Positions 1-8,113 of a DNA stretch of 11,503 nt are shown piece by piece (position 1 is the first letter of the stretch; each line of letters starts with the position of its first letter). This DNA is from Chlamydiales bacterium (GTDB taxonomy: Bacteria > Chlamydiota > Chlamydiia > Chlamydiales > JBDQID01), in contig JBLFWS010000108.1 in assembly GCA_047611865.1 (NCBI GenBank), positions 1 to 11,503 of the forward strand. Reading direction: 5' to 3'. Under the pieces are notes generated by a model. The model did not search any database. It saw only the letters and a list, made by a program, of their open reading frames with translations, and was not told where the DNA came from. A program made the position numbers and the translations under genes.

Positions 1-66
1 ACCTCTCCAATATAAGCAAAGAACAAAACGTTTATCAATTTTGATACCCTGCATTTTTAGAAGATC

Positions 67-182
67 GGGCATGACTCAGTTACATAAGCACAAATTCCTT
101 CGCTTCTCTTAAGTCATCCGAGATTTTTCTCAGACAGCCTATAGGCTTAGGAAAAAGTGTTACCTTGAATTGAACCATGCCC
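67..182. repeat. Imperfect long palindromic element (MITE/REP-like or structured RNA)
   Basis: Terminal arms GGGCATGACTCAGTT (67-81) and AATTGAACCATGCCC (168-182) match as inverted repeats at 12/15, and one of the differences is G-U compatible. Inner pairings are GCAC/GTGT (88-91/157-160) and TTCCT/AGGAA (95-99/149-153). There is an internal 12-bp perfect palindrome AGCCTATAGGCT (136-147). Confidence 0.45.
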
Positions 183-314
183 AAAAATCTTATCTAATTG
201 CCTAAGCATGCTGAAATTTAAGTGTTTCAATAGCATAAAAATTCTGGCACAGAATTCCCATTCTTAAACTTGTTTCGGTATATCTGTATTTGCTTTAGTT
301 TTTATAAGAGAGTG

Positions 315-330
315 TTTCTCAATTGAGAAA
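315..330. promoter_or_regulatory. Perfect 16-bp palindrome upstream of rmuC (candidate operator or 5'UTR hairpin)
   Basis: TTTCTCAATTGAGAAA is its own reverse complement. It lies 9 nt before the GGAG Shine-Dalgarno (340-343) of rmuC. Confidence 0.4.
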
Positions 331-351
331 AATTACTACGGAGTAAGTCGC

Positions 352-1914
352 ATGGAGTTAACACAAGGTTTTTTGTTCTTATTATTTGGGATAGCACTAG
401 GAGGAGTATTTGTTCAAATGTATTTGAGCTCTCAAAAAGCTGTCTTGGAAGAAAGACTTCTGGGCAAAGAGACACAATTATCTGACCTTCGCACAGACTT
501 TGATAAAGAACAAAAAAGTTTTGAAGAAGCGAAGGAGGAGCTCAAGAATGAAAGGGAAAAAAGAATTACAGCAGAAGAGAAAAACTCGGCGATTACTTCT
601 CTAGAGGATCTTGTAGAGAAAAAAACAAAGGAAATATCTACTTTGCACGAGATGAACTCTTGCGTAAGAGTGAAAAGCTCAGAACTAGAAACACGGCTCC
701 AAGAACTTCAAAAAACTTCAGAAGAAAAAATAAAGTGGCTTAGTGATTCTCAAAAAGAACTAAGTGATACTTTTAAGGCGCTTTCTTCCGAGGCTTTAAG
801 AAAAAACAATCAATCTTTTTTAGACTTAGCAAAATCAAATCTGGAAAAGTTTCAGTCCGACGCGAAAGGCGACTTGGATAAACGACAAACTGCGATTGAT
901 GGAGTTGTAAAACCTCTAAAGGACTCATTAGAAAAAGTTGATAAAAAAATTCAGGAGATTGATAGAGCCAGGGTTTCAGCATATTCCGGAATGACCGAGC
1001 AAATAAAGCTCTTAGCAGAAGCTCAAGTGAACCTGAGCGCAGAAACTTCTGGTTTGGTGAAAGCTTTAAGGATGCCCTCTGTTCGTGGAAGATGGGGGGA
1101 AATACAGTTGCAAAGAGTTGTGGAGATGGCTGGAATGGTAGAGTACTGCGATTTTGTTCAGCAGGAATCAACGACTACTGAAGAAGGGCGTTTTCGTCCC
1201 GATATGATAATAAAATTACCTAACGGTAAGCAGATCGTAGTGGATTCAAAGGTTCCCCTGAAAGCATATCTAGAATCTCTTGAAGTGAATGACGAAGATA
1301 AAAGAGTTGTATTGTTGAAACATCACGCTAGACAAGTGCGTTCTCACCTTTCTCAACTCGGAGCGAAAGCTTATTGGAGCCGACTTAAAGACTCTCCTGA
1401 ATTTGTGGTACTTTTTCTTCCCGGAGAACCATTTTTCAGTGCTGCTCTTCAGCAAGAGCCTGAATTAATTGAATTTGGAGTAAATCAAAGTGTCATTATA
1501 GCTACTCCAACGACACTTATTGCGTTATTGCGGGCCGTAGCCTATGGATGGCGTCAAGAGCAGGTAGCAAAAAATGCAGCGCAAATTAGTGAACTTGGAA
1601 GAAACCTATATGACCGTGTACGGACTTTGGCTGAACACTTTGTAGACATGAGAAAAGGCTTAGACCGAGCTGTAGATGCTTACAACAAATCTGTAGGTTC
1701 GTTGGAGACCAGAGTTATTGTTACGGCAAGAAAATTGAAGGAAATTGGGGCTTCCTCGGATAAGGAAATTCCTGATATAGAAGTTATAGATAGAACCACA
1801 AGATCACTACAGACAGATGAGATGGTTTTGAGTCTTCCGCATAGTACAGATGAGGATGGGGAAATTCAACTGATAGGGGATGGTATAGATGCCAAAAATG
1901 GAAACGATGAATGA
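352..1914 (+). CDS. rmuC: DNA recombination protein RmuC (DUF195)
   Basis: 520 aa with an N-terminal hydrophobic anchor and a long coiled coil. RmuC motifs are [31 protein letters not shown] (PD-(D/E)xK-like), [10 protein letters not shown] and [16 protein letters not shown] lies 8 nt before the ATG. Confidence 0.95.
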   Translation: MELTQGFLFLLFGIALGGVFVQMYLSSQKAVLEERLLGKETQLSDLRTDFDKEQKSFEEAKEELKNEREKRITAEEKNSAITSLEDLVEKKTKEISTLHEMNSCVRVKSSELETRLQELQKTSEEKIKWLSDSQKELSDTFKALSSEALRKNNQSFLDLAKSNLEKFQSDAKGDLDKRQTAIDGVVKPLKDSLEKVDKKIQEIDRARVSAYSGMTEQIKLLAEAQVNLSAETSGLVKALRMPSVRGRWGEIQLQRVVEMAGMVEYCDFVQQESTTTEEGRFRPDMIIKLPNGKQIVVDSKVPLKAYLESLEVNDEDKRVVLLKHHARQVRSHLSQLGAKAYWSRLKDSPEFVVLFLPGEPFFSAALQQEPELIEFGVNQSVIIATPTTLIALLRAVAYGWRQEQVAKNAAQISELGRNLYDRVRTLAEHFVDMRKGLDRAVDAYNKSVGSLETRVIVTARKLKEIGASSDKEIPDIEVIDRTTRSLQTDEMVLSLPHSTDEDGEIQLIGDGIDAKNGNDE

Positions 1915-2689
1915 TGACGAAATAATCAATTATTTTGCTTTGTTGGCAAAAACTACTTTTGAATTGGAAATTATTTATCATACATCAGAAGATCTTGAGC
2001 ACCGTTTTGCTCGTGTTCCATGTCCTTGTTCCACCTCCATTCCAATTTCTAGCGATGAAGGTATTCGGTTTTTACATGCGAACAGGGTATCCATGCCTGA
2101 TGGCCTAACCTATATTGCTACTCAATATCCGTTAGAAAATCAACATGACCTATTTTGGGATTTATGCTGGGAGGAATGTAATCTCATTGTAGATCTTACA
2201 GCAAAAGGGGAAGTAGATCCTGTGTATTATTCTGACTTTGTAGGAGGGAAGTATGAGACGAAGAAATATCTTTTGGAATGCAAAGAAATTCAAGAAATAG
2301 ATCAGGAGATTTTTTTCTACACATTTTTACTTTCTCAAAAGGAATCGGGGGCAACAAAACCAGTTCAAAGGATTCATTACCAGGCCTTCATGGACTATAT
2401 GGGTACCTCCCTGGGTAAATTGAGTAAGTTAATTCAGTTAATCGCTCAGTTTTCAAGTGAAAGTCCAAGTTTAATTCACTGCCAAGCTGGAGTAGGAAGA
2501 ACAGGGACATTGATCACTGCAATGACGATGAAGCATTTGATTGAGAGAAAACTTGTTGATGCAGAGAACCTTCTCGAAAAACTATGTGAGATAATTATTG
2601 AAGGGAGAAAGCAAAGGGGCCCACTCTTTGTGGAGAGTCCGGCTCAATTTAAAACTTTGATAGAGCTTATGCGAGAGTATCGTAAATGA
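1889..2689 (+). CDS. Classical (tyrosine-specific) protein tyrosine phosphatase family protein
   Basis: The P-loop [11 protein letters not shown] (HCX5R) is present. So are equivalents of the classical PTP motifs: EHRF (KNRY), FLHAN (YINA), YIATQYPL (YIATQGP), LFW (DFW), HYQAFMD (WPD loop) and [15 protein letters not shown] (Q loop). AGGGGA lies 8 nt before ATG 1889. The ORF overlaps the rmuC 3' end by 26 nt, and alternative ATGs exist at 1898 and 1907. Confidence 0.9.
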   Translation: MPKMETMNDDEIINYFALLAKTTFELEIIYHTSEDLEHRFARVPCPCSTSIPISSDEGIRFLHANRVSMPDGLTYIATQYPLENQHDLFWDLCWEECNLIVDLTAKGEVDPVYYSDFVGGKYETKKYLLECKEIQEIDQEIFFYTFLLSQKESGATKPVQRIHYQAFMDYMGTSLGKLSKLIQLIAQFSSESPSLIHCQAGVGRTGTLITAMTMKHLIERKLVDAENLLEKLCEIIIEGRKQRGPLFVESPAQFKTLIELMREYRK

Positions 2690-2697
2690 TCAAAACA

Positions 2698-2731
2698 CGA
2701 GTAGCAGAGGATTTTCATCCTCTGCTACTCG
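2698..2731. terminator. Hairpin between the convergent PTP and GSII genes (probable shared terminator)
   Basis: Perfect 15-bp inverted repeat CGAGTAGCAGAGGAT-TTTC-ATCCTCTGCTACTCG, 8 nt after the PTP stop. It is followed by TGTTTT on the minus strand, while the plus-strand U-tract is weak. Confidence 0.75.
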
Positions 2732-2793
2732 ATTGAAACACTCATAAAAGAGATCAATTCCCAATCAATGTTATAAAAGGGAATATGACTTAA

Positions 2794-3924
2794 TTATCTG
2801 AGTACAAGCTCTTCTTTCTTTACATTTTTGTTAGAAAGAACTTCGCTGAGGCTTTCTTTTCCATTTGTAAAAACTGACTCATCAAGGTCACAAATTGTTG
2901 TGATGATTCTTGAAGCGACAAGATATGGATCTGAGTTTGCGCCGGGTCTTCTGTCTTCAGCATAGCCGTAGCCTTTAAGTGAAACCTGATGAGGTACGCG
3001 GATAGAGGCACCTCTATCTGCTACACCAGCACGGAATTGGCTGATGTTGCAAGTTTCGTGTTGGCCCGTAAGTCTCTCATGGAGTCCTGCACCATAAACT
3101 CGAATATGCTCTTCATGCTTTGTACCCAAGAGTTGGATAGCTTCTTCTATAGCCTTCATTCCAGTTTTTGGGTCTCTCATTGCTTTTGTAGAGAAGTTTG
3201 TGTGGCAGCCTGCGCCATTCCAGTCACCTTTTACAGGCTTGTTGTCGAAGCTAACAATTACATCAGCATCTTCAGCAATTCTGCAAAGAAGCCATCTGGC
3301 AAACCACTGATGGTCACAGAAATTTATGGTGTCGTTACTATCTCTTTCAAAGCCTCTGTAACCAATTTGGTATTCCCACTGACCGGGCATTACTTCAGCG
3401 TTGGTTCCGTAAATAAGAAGACCAGCTTCAACGCAAGCATCGGTGTGCGCTTCAACGATTTCTCTTCCATACACTTCGTCTGCTCCAACACCACAGTAAA
3501 AAGGACCCTGAGGTCTTGGAAAACCGTCTTCTGGCCATCCTAAAGGTTTTCTTCCAGAAAAGAGGGTATATTCTTGCTCGAAACCAAGCCAAGTGTCGAC
3601 ATCACCAGAATGCTCTACAACTTTTTTTAAAAGGGAACGGGTATTTGTACTGTGAGCTGTGCCATCGGGATTAAAAACTTCACATAGCACCAGGTAATGG
3701 CCCATCCCGCGAATTGGATCATTAACAAAGTTTACTGGTTGGAGCAATAGGTCCGAGTTGCTGCCTTCGGATTGGTAGGTAGAAGAACCGTCATAGCTCC
3801 ACTCGGGAAAAGTTTTGATAGTGACTTCATCTAGATTTACGACTTCAATCAAACGAGTCTTAGATCTCATCTTTTGGGAAGGTTTCGAACCATCTAGCCA
3901 AATATATTCTACAGTGCTGATCAT
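2794..3924 (-). CDS. glnII: Glutamine synthetase type II
   Basis: 376 aa. GSII signatures are EYIWLDG, RSKT, WSYDGSST, GFEQEY, PQGPFYCGVGA, NAEVMPGQWEYQIG, GDWNGAGCHTNFST, RLTGQHET, RGASIRVP and EDRRPGANSDPY. SD AGGAG lies 7 nt before the ATG. Confidence 0.95.
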   Translation of the reverse strand: MISTVEYIWLDGSKPSQKMRSKTRLIEVVNLDEVTIKTFPEWSYDGSSTYQSEGSNSDLLLQPVNFVNDPIRGMGHYLVLCEVFNPDGTAHSTNTRSLLKKVVEHSGDVDTWLGFEQEYTLFSGRKPLGWPEDGFPRPQGPFYCGVGADEVYGREIVEAHTDACVEAGLLIYGTNAEVMPGQWEYQIGYRGFERDSNDTINFCDHQWFARWLLCRIAEDADVIVSFDNKPVKGDWNGAGCHTNFSTKAMRDPKTGMKAIEEAIQLLGTKHEEHIRVYGAGLHERLTGQHETCNISQFRAGVADRGASIRVPHQVSLKGYGYAEDRRPGANSDPYLVASRIITTICDLDESVFTNGKESLSEVLSNKNVKKEELVLR

Positions 3925-3987
3925 CGGAATTCTCCTATCTAGGGTTTAGTTTATATACGGTTATTCGGATTGAGTTCATAAAGAAAT

Positions 3988-4021
3988 ACAAACTTTTTCA
4001 AAACTATTTGAATAAGTTTGT
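3988..4021. promoter_or_regulatory. 15-bp inverted repeat in the glnII upstream region
   Basis: ACAAACTTTTTCAAA-ACTA-TTTGAATAAGTTTGT has arms matching at 14/15 and lies 64-97 nt upstream of the glnII start. Confidence 0.45.
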
Positions 4022-4102
4022 TGAATGTGTCGGTAACAGAGTAAATTAAAAAAAACTTAACTCTCTTGACAGGGATCCACCAAATCCTTGAATAAGGAAA
4101 TA

Positions 4103-4132
4103 AGGTTAAAAGTTGAGAAGCTAAAAAGTCAA
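4103..4132 (-). promoter_or_regulatory. Candidate sigma70/sigma66 promoter for glnII
   Basis: Minus strand reads TTGACT-18 nt-TAACCT with AT-rich sequence upstream. This is a by-eye match only. Confidence 0.35.
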
Positions 4133-4278
4133 ATAAATTTAGGGGGGATAATGAATTACTAGATATTAAAAATATTTTTATACTTTTTAAGAAGCATTAA
4201 ATCAGGGGTATTACTCTTTTTGACAAATTATACCGAAATAAAATCTATTTTTGAATTTGTTTCCGTATAGATTAGACT

Positions 4279-5832
4279 CTAGCCACACATTCGTTCTATG
4301 GGGTTGAGAGTTTTATCCCACTGGCGGAAGTTGATAGCTTCCATTAGGTGGTCTTCTTGGACTCTAGTGCTTTCACCAAGGTCCGCTATGGTTTTGGCTA
4401 CTCGTAGAATTCTATCGTACCCACGAGCTGAAATTCCCATTACATCAACAGCTTGACGCATCAAGTTTTCACATCCAGTATTCAAGTTACAAGCCTCGCG
4501 TAGGATTCCAGTAGGAATTAAAGAATTACTTATTCCAGGACCAAATTTATCTGACTGACGTTTTCGGGCAGCCTTGACTCGCTGACGTACCAATTCGGAA
4601 CTCTCGGCCTTCACTGTCTGGCAAAGGTCTGAATAACGAAGGGCAGGTACCTCAATGTGCATGTCAATACGGTCTAACAAAGGACCAGAGATTTTGCTTC
4701 GGTATTTCTCAATTTGCTTGAAGGTGTCTGAGCAATTTTTGTCGGGATGGCCAAGATACCCACAAGGACAGGGATTCATTGCTGCAATACAGAGAAAATT
4801 CGTTGGATAGGTAAAGTTGCCATTAGCACGGCTTATAGTAACAACACGATCTTCTAGAGGTTGTCGTAATACCTCTAGGGTGGAGCGAGAAAATTCAGGT
4901 AGCTCATCGAGAAATAAGATTCCATTGTGCGCTAGAGAAACTTCTCCCGGTCGAGGAGTGGCTCCTCCTCCAATAAGACCTGCATAGCTGACGGTGTGGT
5001 GAGGTGAACGAAATGAGCGGTTTCTTACAAGACTTTCACCCTTAGGAAGTAATCCAACGATTGAATGGATTTTTGTAGTCTCCAGGGCTTCTTCAATAGT
5101 CATCTCTGGCATGATACCAATCAAGGATTTCGCTAACATGGTTTTACCAGAGCCTGGAGGTCCATATAACAATACATTGTGATTTCCCGCAGCGGCAATT
5201 TCCATTGCACGCTTTACATGGGCCTGTCCCTTGATATCGGAAAAGTCTATGGGGGCAGTTGCTTTTTGAAAAAAGTCTTCAGACAGGGTCGAAGCTAGTG
5301 GTTCAATGGAGATGGTTTTGTTTAAGTATCCTGCAGCCTCTTTTAAACTTTTAATTGGGATGACTTGAATTCCCGGTACTGTTGAAGCTTCCAAGGCGTT
5401 TGCGGTTGGTAAGAGAATCCCTTTTTTCCCAAGGTCTCTTGCAAGCATAGCCATAGCTAAAGCTCCTCGTACCGGGCGGGTCTTTCCGCTAAGTCCCATT
5501 TCACCCACAATGAGATAGTCTTCGTGGACGTCTCCTGAAATAAAACCAAGAGAGCTTAGTAAGCCAATAGCTATAGGTAAATCGTATAAAGGTCCTTCTT
5601 TTTTGAGGTTACCAGGGGCTAAATTGATTGTGCAGTGGATATCATTCATGGGATATCCGGAGTTTTTTACAGCAGAAAGAACTCTATCCTTAGATTCCTT
5701 TACGGCAGCGTCAGGAAGGCCTACGATTACAAGGCTGAGTCTATCAGGGGTTTCAGTTATATCAATTTCGATATGAATACTGATAGCGTCAAGTGCAAGA
5801 AATGAAACAGAATGTACATGTGATAAAGTCAT
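4279..5832 (-). CDS. comM: YifB/ComM family Mg-chelatase-like AAA+ ATPase
   Basis: Motifs are IVGLPDAAVKESKDRV, INLAPGNLKKEG, GEMGLSG, Walker A GPPGSGKT, FRSPHHT, PGEVSLAHNGILFLDELPEF, AAMNPCPCG and SGPLLDRID. The start is moved from 5916 to ATG 5832 (MTLSHVHSVSF..., 517 aa), which fits the family N-terminus and removes the overlap with the upstream gene. Confidence 0.93.
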   Translation of the reverse strand: MTLSHVHSVSFLALDAISIHIEIDITETPDRLSLVIVGLPDAAVKESKDRVLSAVKNSGYPMNDIHCTINLAPGNLKKEGPLYDLPIAIGLLSSLGFISGDVHEDYLIVGEMGLSGKTRPVRGALAMAMLARDLGKKGILLPTANALEASTVPGIQVIPIKSLKEAAGYLNKTISIEPLASTLSEDFFQKATAPIDFSDIKGQAHVKRAMEIAAAGNHNVLLYGPPGSGKTMLAKSLIGIMPEMTIEEALETTKIHSIVGLLPKGESLVRNRSFRSPHHTVSYAGLIGGGATPRPGEVSLAHNGILFLDELPEFSRSTLEVLRQPLEDRVVTISRANGNFTYPTNFLCIAAMNPCPCGYLGHPDKNCSDTFKQIEKYRSKISGPLLDRIDMHIEVPALRYSDLCQTVKAESSELVRQRVKAARKRQSDKFGPGISNSLIPTGILREACNLNTGCENLMRQAVDVMGISARGYDRILRVAKTIADLGESTRVQEDHLMEAINFRQWDKTLNPIERMCG

Positions 5833-5845
5833 ATAAAGAACTCTT

Positions 5846-6622
5846 TTAGGCTTTTTTGAGGTTGTCGATCCAGTTTTGAGGAACACCAGCAGAGAGGCGG
5901 TGATCTTCATGAACAAGAAAACCTTTGGCTCTTTTTGGGGTCATTAATTCGGACATGCTGTTGGTCCAGGCATCCCAGTCGGAAGTGCCTTCCGGCTTAA
6001 ATTTACGAAGCCACTGGAGACCAAAATTGACATGGGAAATTTCGTCTTCCAGAATAGTATGCATTAAGTCAGAGGATTCTTGATCTCCGTAACGTAAAAA
6101 GGACTTACCATACATTGGGGCAAAGTCCAAGTTGGCCATTTCCAAAGTTAACGACATGGTACTGACATACTTTATGGGGGAGGTGATGTACTTGGAATGA
6201 ACCCAAAAGTGTCTGTACAGTGGAAGATCCCCAAACTTAAGTCCAAGGGCTTCCATTTGTTTGATGTAAAGGGCAACATGTCTTTGTTCATCACGTAAAG
6301 TATTTGCCAAACCCCTTCTAAAGTGACGAGGTGCTTCGGGAAAAGCCAGCAAGGTGTAGGCCATAATCTCTACAGCAAGAAGCTCATGACCAGCAAATCG
6401 GTGAAGGCACACAGCTCGCTTGTCCGGATCACCATGTTCGTGAAAGGCGGGAAGTTTTTCTTTTTTATTTTTCTTCTGAAGAACCATCCCGGAAGGCCGC
6501 ACTGGTTCTTTCCAGAAAACGGCCTCTCCAGGACAATGATCCGTGAATTCTTTAGGATCAAATAGCTTATCGTCTATCCTATCCGCTGAAATAATGTGGG
6601 TTGCCCAATCGCGGATTTCCAT
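5846..6622 (-). CDS. Ferritin-like diiron domain protein (DUF455-like)
   Basis: 258 aa with the carboxylate-histidine pattern of ferritin-like folds: LHRFAGHELLAVE, DEQRH, LEMANLD and DEISHV..G..W. It starts 3 nt after the upstream stop. Confidence 0.8.
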   Translation of the reverse strand: MEIRDWATHIISADRIDDKLFDPKEFTDHCPGEAVFWKEPVRPSGMVLQKKNKKEKLPAFHEHGDPDKRAVCLHRFAGHELLAVEIMAYTLLAFPEAPRHFRRGLANTLRDEQRHVALYIKQMEALGLKFGDLPLYRHFWVHSKYITSPIKYVSTMSLTLEMANLDFAPMYGKSFLRYGDQESSDLMHTILEDEISHVNFGLQWLRKFKPEGTSDWDAWTNSMSELMTPKRAKGFLVHEDHRLSAGVPQNWIDNLKKA

Positions 6623-6625
6623 AAA

Positions 6626-8113
6626 CTATTCAGCAGTAACAACGTGATATGCAGGAAAGGCAAAGTGGTTGTTAGGTCGGGGACTGCCGACTATAGCAAC
6701 TTCTTTCCCAATTTTATCCTGCATGTCGACTTTTGTACTATAAAGATAAGCGACAGTTTTGTTGTTCAAACGAAGGAGATAGTCCCCAGGTTTATTCTTG
6801 ACGGCACGAGTGTAGGGCTCAACGATGCCTACTAATTTCACAGAATTAAGCTTTTCTTCCAGAGCATAATCCGTAGGCTTACCCTGAGGGTTACTTAACT
6901 GCCAGTCAAGAAAGAGTTTTTTCTCAATAGGTCCCCAAAGAAGCATTTTGTCTGTGGCGCTGGATAGATCAAAGCTTGTATTCTCCTCAAGGCTTTCCTT
7001 TGGAAGTTCTTTTTCCATATTCAGTGTAACAGAGTCATTTCCATTTTCGACAGACTCAACTATGGCTTCTACGACCTGGGGATTTGCCTTTTGAATGGAA
7101 CTCTCTACCTTTAGGTTGCTTTGTAAAGACTTTGTGGGGGTTTCAAAACTCAACTCTTCTTCGAATTTTGATAGCCGTTTTTCATAAGATGAAATTTGGT
7201 CGGAAAGCTTATTGTTGATAGTTGCCCAACTGCGAGTCGATTGCTGGGTTTTTGCTTCAAGAAAAGCTATTTTCTTCTGTAGGTAGGTTTCCTGGACAAG
7301 ATCAAGGACTTCTTTAGCTTTTGTGGAATAACCGGCAAAATCAGAATAGTCCTTGATGATCTTCTCAAAAGAAGATGAAATTCTATCGATATCAATTTCT
7401 TCAAATGATTTGCGCATTTCAGCTTGTGCTATAAGGTACGAAGAGTTTAGCAAATGATGAGCTTCTGAACGGCGGGATTCCATCTGTGTGAGTAAATCGG
7501 GAGAGCCGGCATTTTCGAAATATTCTTTCGCAACAAAAAAGCGAGTGCTTTCAGGCGGGGTAATCTCGACCCATTTATTGTTAAGAGGGCTGATGGTTCC
7601 ATCAATTTTATCACCAGTATTGAGTTGAGCAATAACAGCGGCTTCACGGTTTGGTCCTAAGCGAACATTTACATTGTTTCCTTCTACAACCTTATCTAAG
7701 ACGTAAGTGCGAAATATGTAAGCTTTGATATCTGTGGGGGGCTTAACGAAATAAAAGCCGTTTTCTTCTCCTGTTATTAAGAAGAGCTCGTCTTTGCTAA
7801 CTTCACGGATGATTTGAGAATCAAGATTGGACTGTGAACGCATACGAACGTTGTTGCCAATGATTTTGCCTGTAAAGGCTTGGAAATTGCTAGAACTATC
7901 CTCATTAGTGACCTTAGAAGATTTTGAGCGTTCTTCAACGGCATTGGATTCACGTCCGTTGTTTGATTCCTCACTGCTGTTATAAGCGATGATTTCCTTT
8001 TGGAGCGGAGCTGCAGGCTCACTCCTTTCACTTTGTAACGGACGTGCTGAAAGAGACGAAGCCGAAGCGACGATACTCGTTGCCGTTAGAATATAAAGAA
8101 CTTTTCTAAGCAT
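6626..8113 (-). CDS. Exported tandem SH3b-domain protein, chlamydial CT017/Ctad1-like
   Basis: The start is moved to ATG 8113, which has SD CAGGAG 6 nt upstream. The N-terminus resembles a signal peptide (MLRKVLYILTATSIVASASSLSA). Two SH3b-like repeats (GNNVRMRSQSNLDSQII and GNNVNVRLGPNREAAVIAQLNTGD) precede a helical middle and C-terminal RPNNHFAFPAY. The similarity to CT017 is recalled, not searched. Confidence 0.8.
   Translation of the reverse strand: MLRKVLYILTATSIVASASSLSARPLQSERSEPAAPLQKEIIAYNSSEESNNGRESNAVEERSKSSKVTNEDSSSNFQAFTGKIIGNNVRMRSQSNLDSQIIREVSKDELFLITGEENGFYFVKPPTDIKAYIFRTYVLDKVVEGNNVNVRLGPNREAAVIAQLNTGDKIDGTISPLNNKWVEITPPESTRFFVAKEYFENAGSPDLLTQMESRRSEAHHLLNSSYLIAQAEMRKSFEEIDIDRISSSFEKIIKDYSDFAGYSTKAKEVLDLVQETYLQKKIAFLEAKTQQSTRSWATINNKLSDQISSYEKRLSKFEEELSFETPTKSLQSNLKVESSIQKANPQVVEAIVESVENGNDSVTLNMEKELPKESLEENTSFDLSSATDKMLLWGPIEKKLFLDWQLSNPQGKPTDYALEEKLNSVKLVGIVEPYTRAVKNKPGDYLLRLNNKTVAYLYSTKVDMQDKIGKEVAIVGSPRPNNHFAFPAYHVVTAE

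Noticed and set aside
1..72. Minus-strand open frame (MPDLLKMQGIKIDKRFVLCLYWRG...) running off the window; terminal GGAGAGGT could be an SD or a tRNA 5' end
   Set aside because: It is truncated by the window edge, with too little sequence to choose among the options.
245..259. TGGCAC as a sigma54 -24 element upstream of rmuC
   Set aside because: The -12 position reads TCCC rather than TTGC.
773..1981. Minus-strand ORFs 773-1171, 1270-1455 and 1784-1981
   Set aside because: They are antisense to rmuC/PTP and show no motifs.
2989..3543. 184-aa plus-strand ORF, and the 63-aa ORF at 2820-3011
   Set aside because: These are antisense or alternate-frame shadows of the conserved GSII gene.
4279..5832. 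True magnesium chelatase (chlorophyll synthesis) assignment
   Set aside because: The Lon-like N-terminal domain and motifs are those of ComM/YifB, and no tetrapyrrole genes are nearby.
5833..5916. N-terminal 28-aa extension of ComM in the ORF track
   Set aside because: It overlaps the DUF455 gene, and family similarity begins at Met 5832.
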